A stretch of 64,000 nucleotides of DNA from Vitrella brassicaformis CCMP3155 (lineage: Eukaryota > Protista > Chromerida), in contig CDMY01000335.1 of the NCBI GenBank assembly GCA_001179505.1, forward strand, positions 51,770 through 115,769, given 5' to 3'. The notes beneath the pieces were generated by a model. The model was not told the DNA's origin and ran no database searches. It worked only from the letters and a program-made list of their open reading frames with translations. The position numbers and the translations under genes were made by a program. Shown in pieces: positions 50,101 to 63,420 of the stretch. How positions within the stretch are numbered: position 1 is the first letter of the stretch; each line of letters begins with the position of its first letter.

Positions 50101-51311
50101 TCGGCTCGCGGTCGTCGATCTGATTCACCACATCCATTCATTCAGACGAGACGCAAACAGACAGACAGACAGACAGACATTCCTGCCTGCCTGCCCGCCA
50201 TCGTGTGGGCTGTGTGGACTCACTCAAGCACGCACTGCGCTGACCGGGAATCTTGCAAAGGCCCAGTCCTTTGTCGTGAATGACTTTGGCGAAGACGTGC
50301 GAGAGATGGCGAAGACCTGCTCGCACTGGTTGAGTAGATACCCGACCAAGAAGCGGCTGCTACCGGTGTCATAGTGGGCGACGGGCGAGAAGAAAATGGC
50401 CACTTCCTCCAGCTCCCCTCGCACGTCTAAGGGGGACTTGCGGCCGTCACCCACTATCACCGGCAGGAAAAACTCACGCGGACGCTCAGCGGCTATCTGC
50501 ATCAATCCATAGCGATCATTCACATACATACATACATACATAGACCATCCATCCACAAGACACACACAGACTGACCAGTTTGCCGTGTTTGGGCGTTTGC
50601 AATACGAGTCCGGTGTTGGTGGCGGTGAGTATGCTCTTTGGCCCCACTGCGCCCGCTGGGCTGGCGGGTGTGGCCAGAATGCCGAACATGCGAATGGAGC
50701 TCTCCAGGTCAAGGCTGCTGACGATGGCCACCGGACCGGGGGATGGCTTGGCTGCACTCATGGGACAGGAATGAAAGGATAGATGGATGCGCAAGTCATG
50801 TGTGTGGTTGCTTATGCTGCTCTCTCTGTGCATGTGGTGCGCAGACGTACGTAAGACGTTCTCTGTGCCCCTGATTGGCGCCACTTTGAGCTCGTCTTTG
50901 AACAGGGTCCAGCCGTCATGACGATCTGAATCTCTGCCCGTCTTGTTCTTGTCCTTGGGATGATGCTCCCCCTCGCCGGCTGGCTCATCCTTGTCCAACT
51001 CAAGACCCAGATGCCTGTCAGATGGATGGATACGTACTTTGTACTCTGATGGATCCACTAGATGGATGTCATTTCAGTGGCTGGTGTTCACTCTGCCAAC
51101 TGTGTGAGATCGATAGACCGCCTTGCCCTTGCCTCCGTCGCGTTGTGCGGCACCCTCTTCACCGATGGAATGCGGGCACCTGAGCAAGAGAGAAAGGTCA
51201 GCACAAAATAGGGTCAGCAAGGGCAGCTTGAGTGCCTGTGTGTGTACCTTTGTGGGCCCGGATAGGCAGCGGCACCCACCAGCATGCCAACAACAAGGCG
51301 GTCTGCATCAT
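47139..51311 (-). CDS. Secreted, probably beta-propeller-like protein resembling a bacterial extracellular 'RWGDY'-motif family, with a basic C-terminal tail; multi-exon
   Basis: Signal peptide MMQTALLLACWWVPLPIRA (ATG 51311); spliced motifs IFFSPVAHYDTGSSRFLVGY, FFLSHNTLGVSPTLIGFAYNAF, WDFSYPSVAATPQGDVLIGF, GEAPY and SSWGFGSSTVNDPLDLQCLWTLQPYA; last exon Arg/Lys-rich, ending EEFLQRKTM*. Gene is well supported; family assignment is from memory. Confidence 0.7.
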
Positions 51312-51483
51312 TCCACACTGTACAAAACCGTTAGTAGGACATTTACGAGTTTGGAGGGCTGCTGGGAACCTCGGTGACCGGCTGACTTCGGTGGGTTCGC
51401 AGAGCAGCCGCTGCTTCCGCTCGATGTGGGAGGCGGGGCGGGCAGTCCGACCGACAATTTCGCCGCCGTCATGGCCGTTGACT

Positions 51484-52481
51484 TGGAGTGCGAGTCGGGG
51501 CAGCCGCAGCCATTCGGCGCTCCGCTCGGGGCACCCATGCCGCTATCCGTCCGACACTGCTTGACGACCACAACACTTCAACGACCGCCCTTCCCTCGGC
51601 CGTCTGGCAGGCCCTGTGCATCCCCGCCGACACAAGCAACCAGAAAAACCTCCGGCAATTAAGCGGAAGCTGCCGCACGTGCAGCACAGCAGCCGCCGCG
51701 AGGACGAGGGCACTTCGTCACGTCAGTCACCCGAAAGTGGTCGTTCAGGGGCCTGAGGCCTCTGGCGGTGTCATGCAGACGGACATGGTGTGCGAGTCAG
51801 ACGGCGGAGGGCCGTGAGTGAGTGGCACCAGAGGGGAAGCACACGTCTACATGCTCGATCTACATGGTCACCACTACTCGCAGGTGCCCACTCACTGCGC
51901 TAGCTGCCTTCGTCGGAACAAGTAAGCAGAGAAAAGACACAAGGTGAAATTCCTTATGTCTGATGTGCGTAATTAATGTGATGTGTGTATGTGTGTGGGC
52001 AGAGGAGCAGGCACTTCGCCGTGCTCTGAATCGCCCCTCGGCTTCCGGCTGGTGTGCAGCAAAGCAAGACCGGCGGCAAACGTCAAGCCCCACCAGTGAT
52101 AGAGCGACTGACTGACTGAGTGACATTCATGTTTGGGGTGCGGTGCCCTGGCTGTCTGTCTGGCTGTCTGTCTGTCTGTCTGTCTGACCGTGTGTTGGTG
52201 CTTCGTGGATGGCTGGATGGCTGAGTTTTTTGGGGGCTGTCTCAGACAGAGAGAGGAAGAGAGGCGTATGTACACACGACCTGCCTGCCCGAGGGCCTTG
52301 ACTGATGCACACTTCATTGGCCGCGTTGCGTAGCGTAGCGTTGCAGGGCACACACTCCCACTGGGCTATGCGTTGTTTTGACCCCACTTGTGTTCCCCGC
52401 AAGGCAAGGGTAGGTCATGTAGGTCAGCCATATGTGGTCTGCTGCGCTGCTGGGATGGATGGATGAGTGGATAATTTGTGT
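51484..52481 (-). repeat. Right arm of the ~1 kb inverted repeat (partner 45169-46166)
   Basis: Reverse complement of the left arm; its inner end is 173 bp upstream of the ATG at 51311. Confidence 0.97.
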
Positions 52482-53848
52482 TGCTGTTGATGGGAAGGCG
52501 AGGCCCGAAGGGCCGAGCCGAGCCGAGCCGAGCCGAACCAAGTCATGGTGTGTGTGTCTGTTTGTATGCTGTGCGAAGGCGAGGACCGAAGGGCCGAGCC
52601 GAGCCTGAGTGTGTCTGTCTGAGTCTGTGTGTGTTCTCTCTGTGTGTGCATCACACGCAACACCCCCACACACATCCATCCACCCCCTGCACTCATCGGT
52701 TGTCTCTCCCTCTCTCTCTGTGTCCATGGGTTTTTTGCTAACTTGTGGAAAGGAGGAATAGCGAGGCGATGGGCGTCCGCACTTTACAGAATCGGTTACG
52801 GTAAAGGTCTACAGTCAGTACTCAAGTCTTGATGAGGTTGCACCTTTCACCAGGTTGCACCTTGCACACGGTTTCTGATGACCTGGAAGGACGAATACTG
52901 ACTGTATACCTTATCTACTGGGCCAAGACTCCCCATTAGCTAAACTATGTTGTGTGTCTGTACTGTACATGTGGGTGTCTGTCTGTCTGTCTATCTCTAT
53001 ACTATACATCGGTCGGTCAATGAGTGCATCTCTAGCCATCTACTCGGTCGTTTCATTGCTGCGTAGGCCGGGATCAAGATTCATGCCTTTATTTGGTGAA
53101 TGATGAGTAGGTAGGAAGGTAGGTAGATGAGACATACATACGTACACGTACACAGACATCCGTCCGATCCGTGCAAACGTTGACTGACTAACGTGTGTGA
53201 GGGTCATCGATATCGATCTGTACACATATATATGCATACATCTGTACGTCTGTACCGTACGTCTAAGTATATACATGTATATCTGTCTGCTCGAGCGTTG
53301 CGTCTGTTGATCCGATCGACGTGACGTCTGTTCATGGTACGGTGAGTCGGTCGGATTTAATATCGATGCATGTGTGCAGTATACGTACGTACGTTGTGTG
53401 TGTCGTTGCATGTGTGGTCGATGTGAGCATGAGCGAGGCAAACAGACAGACAGACAAACTTGTGCCGCTGTCGATCGATGTATAGACAGCCCGGGAGAAG
53501 GGAAGAGGGAGGAAGAGACGGACGGATGGTTGAGAGGATGAGTCAATCAGTCGACTGATCGGTCGATCGTGTGTTTGTGATTGGTAAAGAACTCGGGATC
53601 GGCCGAACGATCCCATACACTCACACACCGTACTGTACGTACAGAACCGGTACCAACACACGTACCGTAACGATGTACTCTGTCTTTCAACCGAACAGAC
53701 AAAACAAAGCCCTGTATATCGCCTGTGCAATTACTAAATCGGCCGCGAGGCTGGAGCGACTTGGCATGTCTTTCATGTCACAGGGCCTCGCGTCTCCTGT
53801 CATGGAAGCCAACCGGTGAAATGACGTAGGCACTTAAGGACGCTTCGC

Positions 53849-54011
53849 ATGCACTCAGTGACTGTGTTGCTTCGTGTCTCTAACTTGATTTGGTCTGGGT
53901 CCGTCTTTAAGTGTGTCTCGTTGCTCGACAGTGTATCGTTGCAGCGAGACACGAGGCGTTTGTGCGCAATGTACAAATGGAAGCGCTCAATTTGATGTGG
54001 TACGTTTGTGG
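53849..54011 (+). repeat. Diverged ~160 bp direct repeat, copy 1 (copy 2 at 57129-57293), containing a conserved hairpin
   Basis: Shared blocks atgcactcagtgac, ttcgtgtctc, tttggtctg.gtccgtc, gaggcgtttgt.cgcaatg.acaaatg and cgctcaatttgatgt. Confidence 0.85.
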
Positions 54012-54544
54012 TCACGGCGGGCCAGCCAAGTGCATGCCGTCTGTCTGTTTATACCCTCCGACCGCCTCCTGTACCTTGGGGTCGGCAATTTTCAAATCGG
54101 CATTTCGGTGCACGGCACTCTTCTTGCGTGACTCGTTGGGCCAAATGATGCGTATACGGACAAACGATATTTTCCTTTTTTACATCAATTTGTGTACGTA
54201 TGTTCAATTGCGTATGTTTGACGCCGAACCATACCTGACACACCTAGGCTGACTGGTATGCTCTTCCTCTTGGTGTCTGTGGCGTGGAAGCAGACGAAGG
54301 TCCAAACTTCGGGTTGGACCTTCCTCGCATCTTGAGGGTCAATAATTGGTCTGTATATGCCTGTCTTGGTCCATCCATCCATCTATCCATCTATCCATCC
54401 ATCCCCCCAAAGAGCATGTACGACACGACAATTGTCGGTGTGAATTGTGAATCAAAAATCAACTTAGTGTCCCTTGATATTGATTTTTGATATCGTGTGT
54501 TCCTGTCTCCATCCGCAAATCAATCAATCGTCCACACAGATAGG

Positions 54545-56684
54545 TCATCGCACCTCAAACATACTTGAATGAAAAGGACAAAATTCGTATGTGCTTACTG
54601 ACTGATACTTGTTCTCATCAGCGTCGGTCAAGAGCATCAGTATAGGGACTGGCAGATTGCGAAGCATGTTAAGAGTGCCGCCGATGCCCAGTGCCAGCAA
54701 GTGCATCCTGATAACGCCGGGCTCGGTTATGCTCTTAATCAGGGGCAAGTTGGCAGAGCGCACGAGGCAGATGTAGAGCGCACCCTCGAAGAAGACTTCG
54801 ATCAGCACCATGATTCCCAGACCTACTGGCCTCTCTAGCAAGTGACGGACGAATGGAAAGAGGATCTGGCCGACAGTGATTTTGAGCAGGTTGCTGAAGA
54901 TGAGCACTGTTAACTCAATCAAGCTGTAGGCATGCATTTGCTGCAGCAGTGGAAGCAAAAAGTGAAGAATGGATGGATTTTCTTGTCTGTCGCTTTCCTT
55001 CCTCACATCGCTGAGACGCTGAAGGAATATCGGGTGATAGCCAAATTGAACAACCCGAGTGGGGACGTCCAGAAACGTGCTCAAAGATCTCATGGAACAG
55101 CGACCGGCCGACTTGAAACTCATCATGGTCGTAGAATGGCGGCTGAGTAGCATGACCGGCGTCTGTTTATCGCGCGTTTCCTGAGTATCTTCAGCAGTGA
55201 CAGTGTCGAAGTGCCGATCTCGTACCGGCCTGCATAGGAATCGCACCAGACTTCTTCTCGCGGCACCACCTATGAGAACGAAATACGGCATGGCTAGGTC
55301 GGTGACGAAGTCGAATGATGCAAAGACCAAGCTCCACAGAAGCTGATAAGGAGAGACATGTCCAGGAAGGACGAGGAATGGATCTGACGCGAGGACAGCG
55401 TCGATGTGCCCACCTACCTGAGAGGAGATATATTCCATCTCGGCCTGGACGATCCTTGCGAAGAGTGCGAAGCCGAACGCTACAAACGTGATTGCTGGAG
55501 ACGTTTGCAGGGCAGGGCCGTCCTTCAGAGAACGAACGATGGCTGTGACTGAAACACAGACCGAATACGCATGGAAACATGCGAATGTGTCCATCGATCG
55601 AGTCGCAATTCTTACGCGTCGCAACAACGGGCGACACCACGAGCAGGAAAATAAAGATGACGCCTGTCTTCTCGCGATCTGTTGTTGCAGTCCGGGCAAG
55701 AGGCATGAAGTAGAGGGGTACGGCAAACGAAAAACAGATGACCACTACACATATGCCCCATGTCTTGAGAATATACGCCCGCTTCCTGATGATTATCTTC
55801 GAAGATAGAGCCACTTGGCGAAAGACCCTGACAGGACAGGCACAACGACAGAGAATATTTGCTTACTGTCACAATTCTTTTCTCACATGAGGGGTACGAG
55901 CAGCGTGCAGGGGTAATGCATGAGCGGCGCATATTTGTGGCGTTTCCGCAGGGCCTCGACGTGGTGGAAAAGTGCAAAATCCACGTATGGGGCAAGCCCA
56001 GGAAGGAAGAAATACCAGGTCGTCCTCAAGCGGCGGACAGCCCCAATTGTGCTGCCCTCAGCCAGAAGTAGTATCATAGCCATATAGCATAGGGCAACGA
56101 TGATGCGGCGAGTTATATCGAGGACTATCCCTGCTGCTCTCGCGCTCATCTTCTCGCACGCCGACCAGTACGCCAGCCACACCGGGGCCCAACAGACTGC
56201 AAAGCCGACGGCTGCAATTACGTGGTATAAGAGTACCTGGAAAGTGACAGACGTGGAAGGACTGCGACATTCTGCGAATGATTACCTTTGTGACTCTTCT
56301 TGCAGTCGTGCAGAGCGGCTCAGGAGTGAAGACCGCACCAACAAATGAGCCTCCTTCATATCGCAAGTCAGTTTGGAACTCCTGAAAGGAGGCTGCATGT
56401 CCCGCGCATGCTCGAAATTCATTCACCTTTTCTTCGAGCTCGAGCTCCTCTTTGCGCAGCGCTCTCTCGTCTTTTTCTCCGTCCCCATGATAGACAACCC
56501 CCTCTTCTGAGTAGGTTTCTGTAGGCAGGCCGCAGGTCACGTCGTTGGTCCCAGTGGCGCCTGTGCTCTCTGGGTCAATGACATGCGCCTCGCCGCTGAG
56601 AATATCTGCTGGTTCATCGCTAACTTTCATGACGTGTTCAACGTCGTGTTGCGGTTGGGCGGCGGTGAGCTCCGTGGTCAGCAT
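54545..56684 (-). CDS. Multi-pass membrane protein of unknown family with an acidic N-terminus and short introns
   Basis: Three short GT-AG introns join the ORFs in phase: ..TTARRVTK|VLLYHVIAAVGFAVCWAPVWLAYW..LLVPL|MVFRQVALSSK..SPVVAT|LTAIVRSLK..; many hydrophobic segments through ..MFEVR*. Confidence 0.65.
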
Positions 56685-57128
56685 CTTCGAAGAATTCGAC
56701 TGGGGGCTTCCTGGGGGTTCAGTCTCCACGGCGGAGCAACTTGACAAGGTTGAACTTCAAACTTGAACTCTCCCCACGCGCAGGATGACGCATCGGTTCA
56801 GAGCCCGTTACATTCCAATCGGACTGAGGTCCCGAGGAACTGGTCCTCAGTACGGATGACGACAGCCCTCGGCGACAAACAGCCGCGACCACCGCTGAGG
56901 GCTGGATGAAGGGGGGTGACGCATGGGCACGCCAAAACTGCACGAGGATCTTGACTGGCTCATGCCTGTCTGCATTGACGTCTCTGTCCGCGTCTTTTCC
57001 CTCTGCAGCTGCTGCGCCAAATTGGAGCAGCGGTGTGGATGTTGATCTGGCGGTGCAGATGCTCGCGAAGCAGAAGGCCCCCGGCACGGCAAGGCTGTTC
57101 ACAAAGGCATGCAGGATGAGCAGTCACA

Positions 57129-57293
57129 ATGCACTCAGTGACAATGTGCCTTCGTGTCTCAATAGTGCTTTGGTCTGAGTCCGTCATTGTTCTGTGTCTC
57201 GTTGCGCCAGTGCAGCGAGACAAAGAGGCGTTTGTACGCAATGCACAAATGCGGGAATTTCGCAGAACCGCTCAATTTGATGTACGTATGTGG
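57129..57293 (+). repeat. Diverged direct repeat, copy 2 (copy 1 at 53849-54011)
   Basis: Same shared blocks and hairpin stem as copy 1. Confidence 0.85.
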
Positions 57294-59258
57294 CGATTGA
57301 GGATCCTCAGAACGCAGCTGCTGTGCTTTCAACGACGCGCGCACATTCGGAAAATGCCCAATCCGCAGTGGTTGGCAATCATGTGTGTGATGCACACTGA
57401 CCAGGTCCATCCATCCACTGTCTCCGCTCATACCATCAAACAGCGGCTGGCTGCCTCTCCTCTCTCCTTCCTCCCACACACCCCTCTCATGATCACCCCT
57501 CCCACCGCCGCCCTCCCGCCCTCGCTCGCTTATTTACAAACAAATCAGAGGACAGCCGGCCAGCCAGCCAGAGATGCGCAGTGAGAAGCAATCGGTGCAC
57601 AAGGAGGAGGCCCAAAAGGCGAATTCGAACCTTACAGTCGGACAGGGCGTGTGCGTGTACGGTCGTGCAGTGCAAGGTCACAACAATCGGAACGAATAAT
57701 CGGACAGCCAGGCAGTACGCACATCCGCACTTAGAACACGCTTTGTGTCCGTCCGTATGCCTGCCTGCCATGTTAACCCACGAGAGCCATCGGTCAACGC
57801 CATCACATCAAACCAGCAGCAATAAGATAACAATGCGGCACCACATGTCTGTGTACCAGGTCGGAATAGATTATAGCAGGTTAGGTTGTGTTGCCCCCAA
57901 GTCATGAGCGTTAGGAGTGACTGACCTTTCTAAAACATCTCATCCCCATCCCCACCACTCATTCACGTCCTTTCTGTTCAGCCAGACCGCCAAGCCAAAG
58001 CCGAGACAAGTGTGTTGTTTCTCCGGTGGCGGTCTGGCTGCAGACAGGACGGAAGCTCCCCAACACGCAGGCATCACACACACGAAGAGAGAGGGAGACA
58101 AGGAAGGCAAGCTGAGAAAAATGCGGCACCCTAGCGGGCGGCAGCAGTCCAGTACCAGCTTGTCTTTGTGCAGTGACCCACCCCAGCCCCCAAGCAATAG
58201 ACCTCCTCCGCTCTCCCCTCTCCCCTCTCTAGTCGCTTAGTTGCGTGTGTGTACGTGTGGATATGCCCCTCCGACATGCATCCCTAGTCGGTGTGCGCGG
58301 CCATATATTGAAACCTCACTCGCGCACACACACCCATCCGTCACCCACACAGACACCGCCGCAGCGCCACACATCCATCCATCCACTCACTCACTCAGCA
58401 GCCAGCCAGCCTTCAAAGCCGGACCCTCAAGCAGCTCACTGAGACACACACACACACACACACACACAGGCTTGCTTATGAGCACGCGGCTCGCTCTCTG
58501 TTCGTATGTAAGCACCAAGGCACCGTGGCTGCCTCTGTGCGGTTAAAACGACATCGTTCAAAGGCACGCACCGATCAAGGAGCCGCCCTGCCACCCCCCA
58601 CCACTCATGCACCCGCACGATACCCATCGCCTTGGCAGCCTCTCAACACCGCCCACGAGACCATCCTCTGCGAGCCTGTCTGTCGGCGGGCAGAGAAGGG
58701 TCGCGGACCCGTTCGAAAAGGCTGCCGAAGGCAGCGGTAAAGCGAGTGAGGGTGTGTACCGTGCTCGTATATATCACTCTCATGGACGTATCCAGGCAGG
58801 CAGGCAGGCAGGCAGACGGGGTCACTTGCGTGCTTTTCATACCAAGCCAAAAGAGTGCTCTCTTCGTTCAAACAGCATGCATCCACGGGCAGCCAGCCTT
58901 GACTCGACAAGAGAGTGAGGGCGGCACATAGCAGCACTGCCACCATATGGAGTGTGCGGCCGCTTTCTAGCTGCCTTCCTAGATGGGGACGGGACACTCG
59001 CAGCACAGGACAAGTACGAGAAACAATCGGCGTCCCCTCCCCTCCATCACCCAGCTCCCATGGTGATGCCTTCTGCTCATCGAAACGACCACAGCAGAGG
59101 CACTCGCTCACACCCGGACACCCGCGCCATAGGTGCATGCTCGCTCACTGACGTGGACAGGGCCCCTCACATCACACGCAGCCATCCATCCATCCATCAG
59201 ACAGTGAAGGAAAAACCTTTACAAAGTCGCTGGAAAGCACTCGTTCCTCCCTCTCTTT

Positions 59259-59289
<31 letters not shown>

Positions 59290-60392
59290 GTCTCCATGCA
59301 GCGGGCATCGGGTGGGTGAGTGGGAAAAGTGCCCTTGGTTGTGTCGGCCAGTGATGCCTCTCGCCCACCAATTCGACCGACCGTTGAGTGACCAGAATAT
59401 ACACCGCGCCGCAACACACATCACAACGGGAAAAGTCCCCCATCTGCAATGTCGCCTCGCTGACGAGGGGACACCACACGATGGGCCAGAGAGACCGACC
59501 GGCCGACCGGTCTGTCTTCCGTCCCTCCCTCCCATGATTAGTCAATCAACGGCACTAGGAAAAGGCTAGGAAAGCAACCATGGTGCAATCGATGCAATAG
59601 TGCGCAACAAGCGATACCCAACAGACGCAGCGCACCGGCACACAACCGGTGGGAGAAAACATCACGAGCCAGTCATTCACTCAGTCAGGCAGTCGAGTCG
59701 AAGGTAAGGCAGTGAGTGAATGGGGCGTGTCTATGTTACATTGCCTGAGGAGTGGGTGATGTGATCAGATCAATATGATAAACGAGTGGCATGTGTTTGC
59801 ACATCGATCGTGTGATAGACAGACAAGTACACTCACAAGATAAGCTTACATGGAATGGAAAGGGACAGTGACGCCCACGCACACGAGAAGAGAAAAATGC
59901 CCCGGCTGAGTCAGCACAGCCATGCACGCCCGGATGTCGTGTCATTTCAATTGCCCGTTGCATCCCCCCCGCCCAGGGACTCGCGCGACCAGTCTGCAGG
60001 AGAGCGAAACACCGCTCGGCCGGAAGATTGGCCCGTGAACTCGAGCCGCTGGGTGGACGACACACATCGATAGACACGGGAAAACAGAAGGACGGGCATG
60101 CAGGCTCACTGAACCGACACACCCACTGGTCTGTGCGAGAAAGGGCAATTCTCTCTCCTGAAAGAGTGCGCTATGACGTGCTGTGCTGTGCTGTGTTGCG
60201 TTGGGGCAGGGTGCAGGTAGCGGCAGCAAGCGAGGGACGGGACATCCCTCAATTCTTTCCTCCACACAGGACAGGACATCTGTGGTTATCTCTCTCTTGG
60301 CTGTCCTGTCAAGCAAGTGCTCTGCCTGCCTCCCTGCCTGTCCGTCTGCCTGTCTGTCTGTCTGTCACGTAAACAAGTGGATCAGCCAGTAG

Positions 60393-61243
60393 TCGTCTCA
60401 CCGTCGAATTCGTTCACGAGTCATTCATATGGCAGCACGTCCGTCCCTCCTCCATCATCGAGTCGGTGCACTCTTTCAACGATGCGTTCGTGTCCGAAAA
60501 ATGTCCCGGCCGACAGACACCTCAACAACTCGTTTGCGAATGCATGTACCGCCCGAAGTGGCGTGCCGAAGGCAGTGATCTCACTTGGCACGCACCGAGT
60601 CAGTAGGGAAAATGGAATGGAATGGAATCAATGCCGTAAAGATGAAAGGCATGGATGATGTCTTTAACACAAGACCGTTGTGCGTGCAATGCAGGAGCAT
60701 GTAGACGAGTTGAGGTGAGTTGAGTTGAGGTGAGACGGAAAAGTATACATGTACAGAAAGGTCGGAAGGTCGAGAGGGAGGAAGGAAGAAAGGAAGATGG
60801 TATCATCATGATCTCTATATACAAACTCAGCAGGTAGCAGATAGCAGCGGGTCATGCAGGTCATCGATTCGTCGGTCGTTGGTGCCATGTGCCATTGGCA
60901 GGCCGACACACACCCACCCACTCAGACACACACTCATGATGGATGGATGGATGGATGGGTACATCATGACTGTGGGTGGTGGTGCCTCAAAAATACCCAA
61001 ATATACCTCGCAGGCAGGCAGGCACGTAGAGAAAGCCACACACGCTCTCTCACACACACACACACACGCACGCAGAGCGGCCATCCACATGCACCCGAAG
61101 CCCCCTCACCACCCCTCCCCTTTCTGTCCGTCCGTCAGCGAGCAATGCACCATTGCCGTGCCGTGACTACCGCACTGCGCGGCCAATCCCCACACACTTG
61201 TGAGCGATAGCTGACCCATCCCCCCGGCCCCCTCTCGCGTCTT

Positions 61244-61275
<32 letters not shown>

Positions 61276-61483
61276 AATACAGGCTCTCTCTCTTGTCTCT
61301 CTCTCTCTTGCTCTGGTTTAGTCGGTCTGTCTGTCACAAACGGCAGCCCTCGTCTCAGCCAATGCGCGAGTGACACAAGCAAAGCTCACGCACAAGACGC
61401 GCGACACGCAACACACCAGACAGTAGCATTATAGCAGCATCAGCAGCAGCAATACATGTACAGCGGCATCCATCCAGGCATCC

Positions 61484-61519
<36 letters not shown>

Positions 61520-63420
61520 TCNNNNNNNNNNNNNNNNNNNNNNNNNNNNNNNNNNNNNNNNNNNNNNNNNNNNNNNNNNNNNNNNNNNNNNNNNNNNNNN
61601 NNNNNNNNNNNNNNNNNNNNNNNNNNNNNNNNNNNNNNNNNNNNNNNNNNNNNNNNNNNNNNNNNNNNNNNNNNNNNNNNNNNNNNNNNNNNNNNNNNNN
61701 NNNNNNNNNNNNNNNNNNNNNNNNNNNNNNNNNNNNNNNNNNNNNNNNNNNNNNNNNNNNNNNNNNNNNNNNNNNNNNNNNNNNNNNNNNNNNNNNNNNN
61801 NNNNNNNNNNNNNNNNNNNNNCCCCCCCTGCCCCTCCTCGCCATGCCCATGAGTACGTGGGGCGGACGGACAACCATTGGTCGGTCCAGCCGCCCCAAAC
61901 CCATCTCTATCACCAAAGTTCGCCACCGTGTGTGAGGTGCGCTTCTGCGAATTCTCCACCGCTCGACAGGCGAGGGGAGGGGAGAGGGCGAAGGAGGGTT
62001 GAAGGAGGGGTGGAAAACGGGAACAAGCGGATGCCGAGCCGTCGTGCCGAGTCACCAGCCAGCAGGAGCAATAGTGGGTCGATCAGTGGGCGGGGAAGGT
62101 GTGTGGGTGTGGGGGTCGATCAAGCGTTTGGGTCGACCTCGACCTCGACCGTGACGCGTCCGCCGCCGAGTTGGCTGATCTTGGCCGCCCACTCGTCGCG
62201 CTGAACCAACACACGGAACCCCAAACTCGACTGAACCACAGCAGATATGATGGAGACGAGAAGCATGGGTTCGTGTCGCGTGTGCGCTTCCCTCCCACCC
62301 TCCTTCCCTCTCGTACCCATAGGGCCATGGTCTGCCGGTTGAACTGTCCGATGAGCTGGCTCCGAATGGGGTACCGCAGGGCGAATCGGTCGCAGCGGTA
62401 GAGCGGGCTGAGAAACTCGTCGATCGATATAGTGCTCACCGACGTCTCGTCAACCAGCATCGCGTACGCCAGCCAGCACAGCGGCAGGAAGCGCCACAGA
62501 AAATCCTCGTCGTTCCGGGCGTACTCAAGCGAGAAGCGCTTCTCGGTCGCTGACGACGGGGCGTGGGCGAGTGGGGGAGAGGGAGAGGGGGACGGGTGGC
62601 TGCTGCTGCTGCTGGTGATTGTGTCACTTGCGTGGTGGGATGGCGAGAGTCGCTCGTTGAGGCAGAAGCATATGGCGACGATGGACGGCAGGAGGCCGTC
62701 ACCGCCGCCCCGCCGCACCAACCGGTCCAACAGGTGTGCGATGCATGAGCAACGGGACGACTTGGCAGAGATGTTCGCCTGCAGGCAAACACGACACAGC
62801 ACAACACCAACAGACAGGCTCTCCACTTGTTTGCCCGAGAGTGAGGAGGGTATCTCACAGCGTGCGTACCTGTCGGCATACGAATGACAGGGCGAGAGTC
62901 ACCTCGGCGGAGAACTCTGACGGGTCGGCCGTCAAGCTGTCCCGGTCATCAGCATGGCACCGCAGCCCGCAGCCGACATCCACTGACTGGCCGTGGTCGA
63001 GCGCAGGGTGAGGAGTCGTCTGAGGCGTCCGCCACCTGAATCAGAAGCAGAGAGATGTGCACGGAGAGGAGACATGACGCCAGTGACGCGTAGACACCCC
63101 TCATCCCTTCCTTCCCTCCCCACGTGTATCCTGACGTACCTGACAGGCGTGTCGGCAGGTGGGGAGTTGAGAGGCGTGAAGTAGGACACTGAGTCACCCG
63201 CATCTGGCGAGCTCGGCACGTCGCTGAGCTCCCGGCTCACGTGGGAATGGGACGAGCAAGTGGTGCTCGCGTCAGAGGTGGTGCGTGACCGACAGACGGA
63301 GGCGTCGTCACGATGGTGCTGCACGAAGAGCGTGCAGCGGTCGCTGACGGCGGGTGCATCCTTGCCGCCGTAGAGGTCACAAGCGGGAATGCACGCGTGT
63401 GGGAGAGGCATTGTGGGTGG
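60393..63420 (-). CDS. Probable multi-exon hypothetical protein gene, interrupted by a gap; extent uncertain
   Basis: Protein-like GC3-rich exons: HLLDRLVRRGGGDGLLPSIVAICFCLNERL, EDFLWRFLPLCWLAYAMLVDE..FLSPLYRCDRF and EITAFGTPLRAVHAFANELLRCL; no family recognised. Confidence 0.45.

Noticed and set aside
45160-52490. Autonomous MULE or foldback transposon
   Set aside because: No target-site duplication (gacgacgac versus tgctgttga) and no transposase inside; kept only as an inverted-repeat finding.
57500-60300. Short ORFs such as MHPHDTHRLGSL.. and AAFLDGDGTLAAQDK..
   Set aside because: No consistent splice chain or recognisable motif; could be a real gene but cannot be supported from sequence alone.
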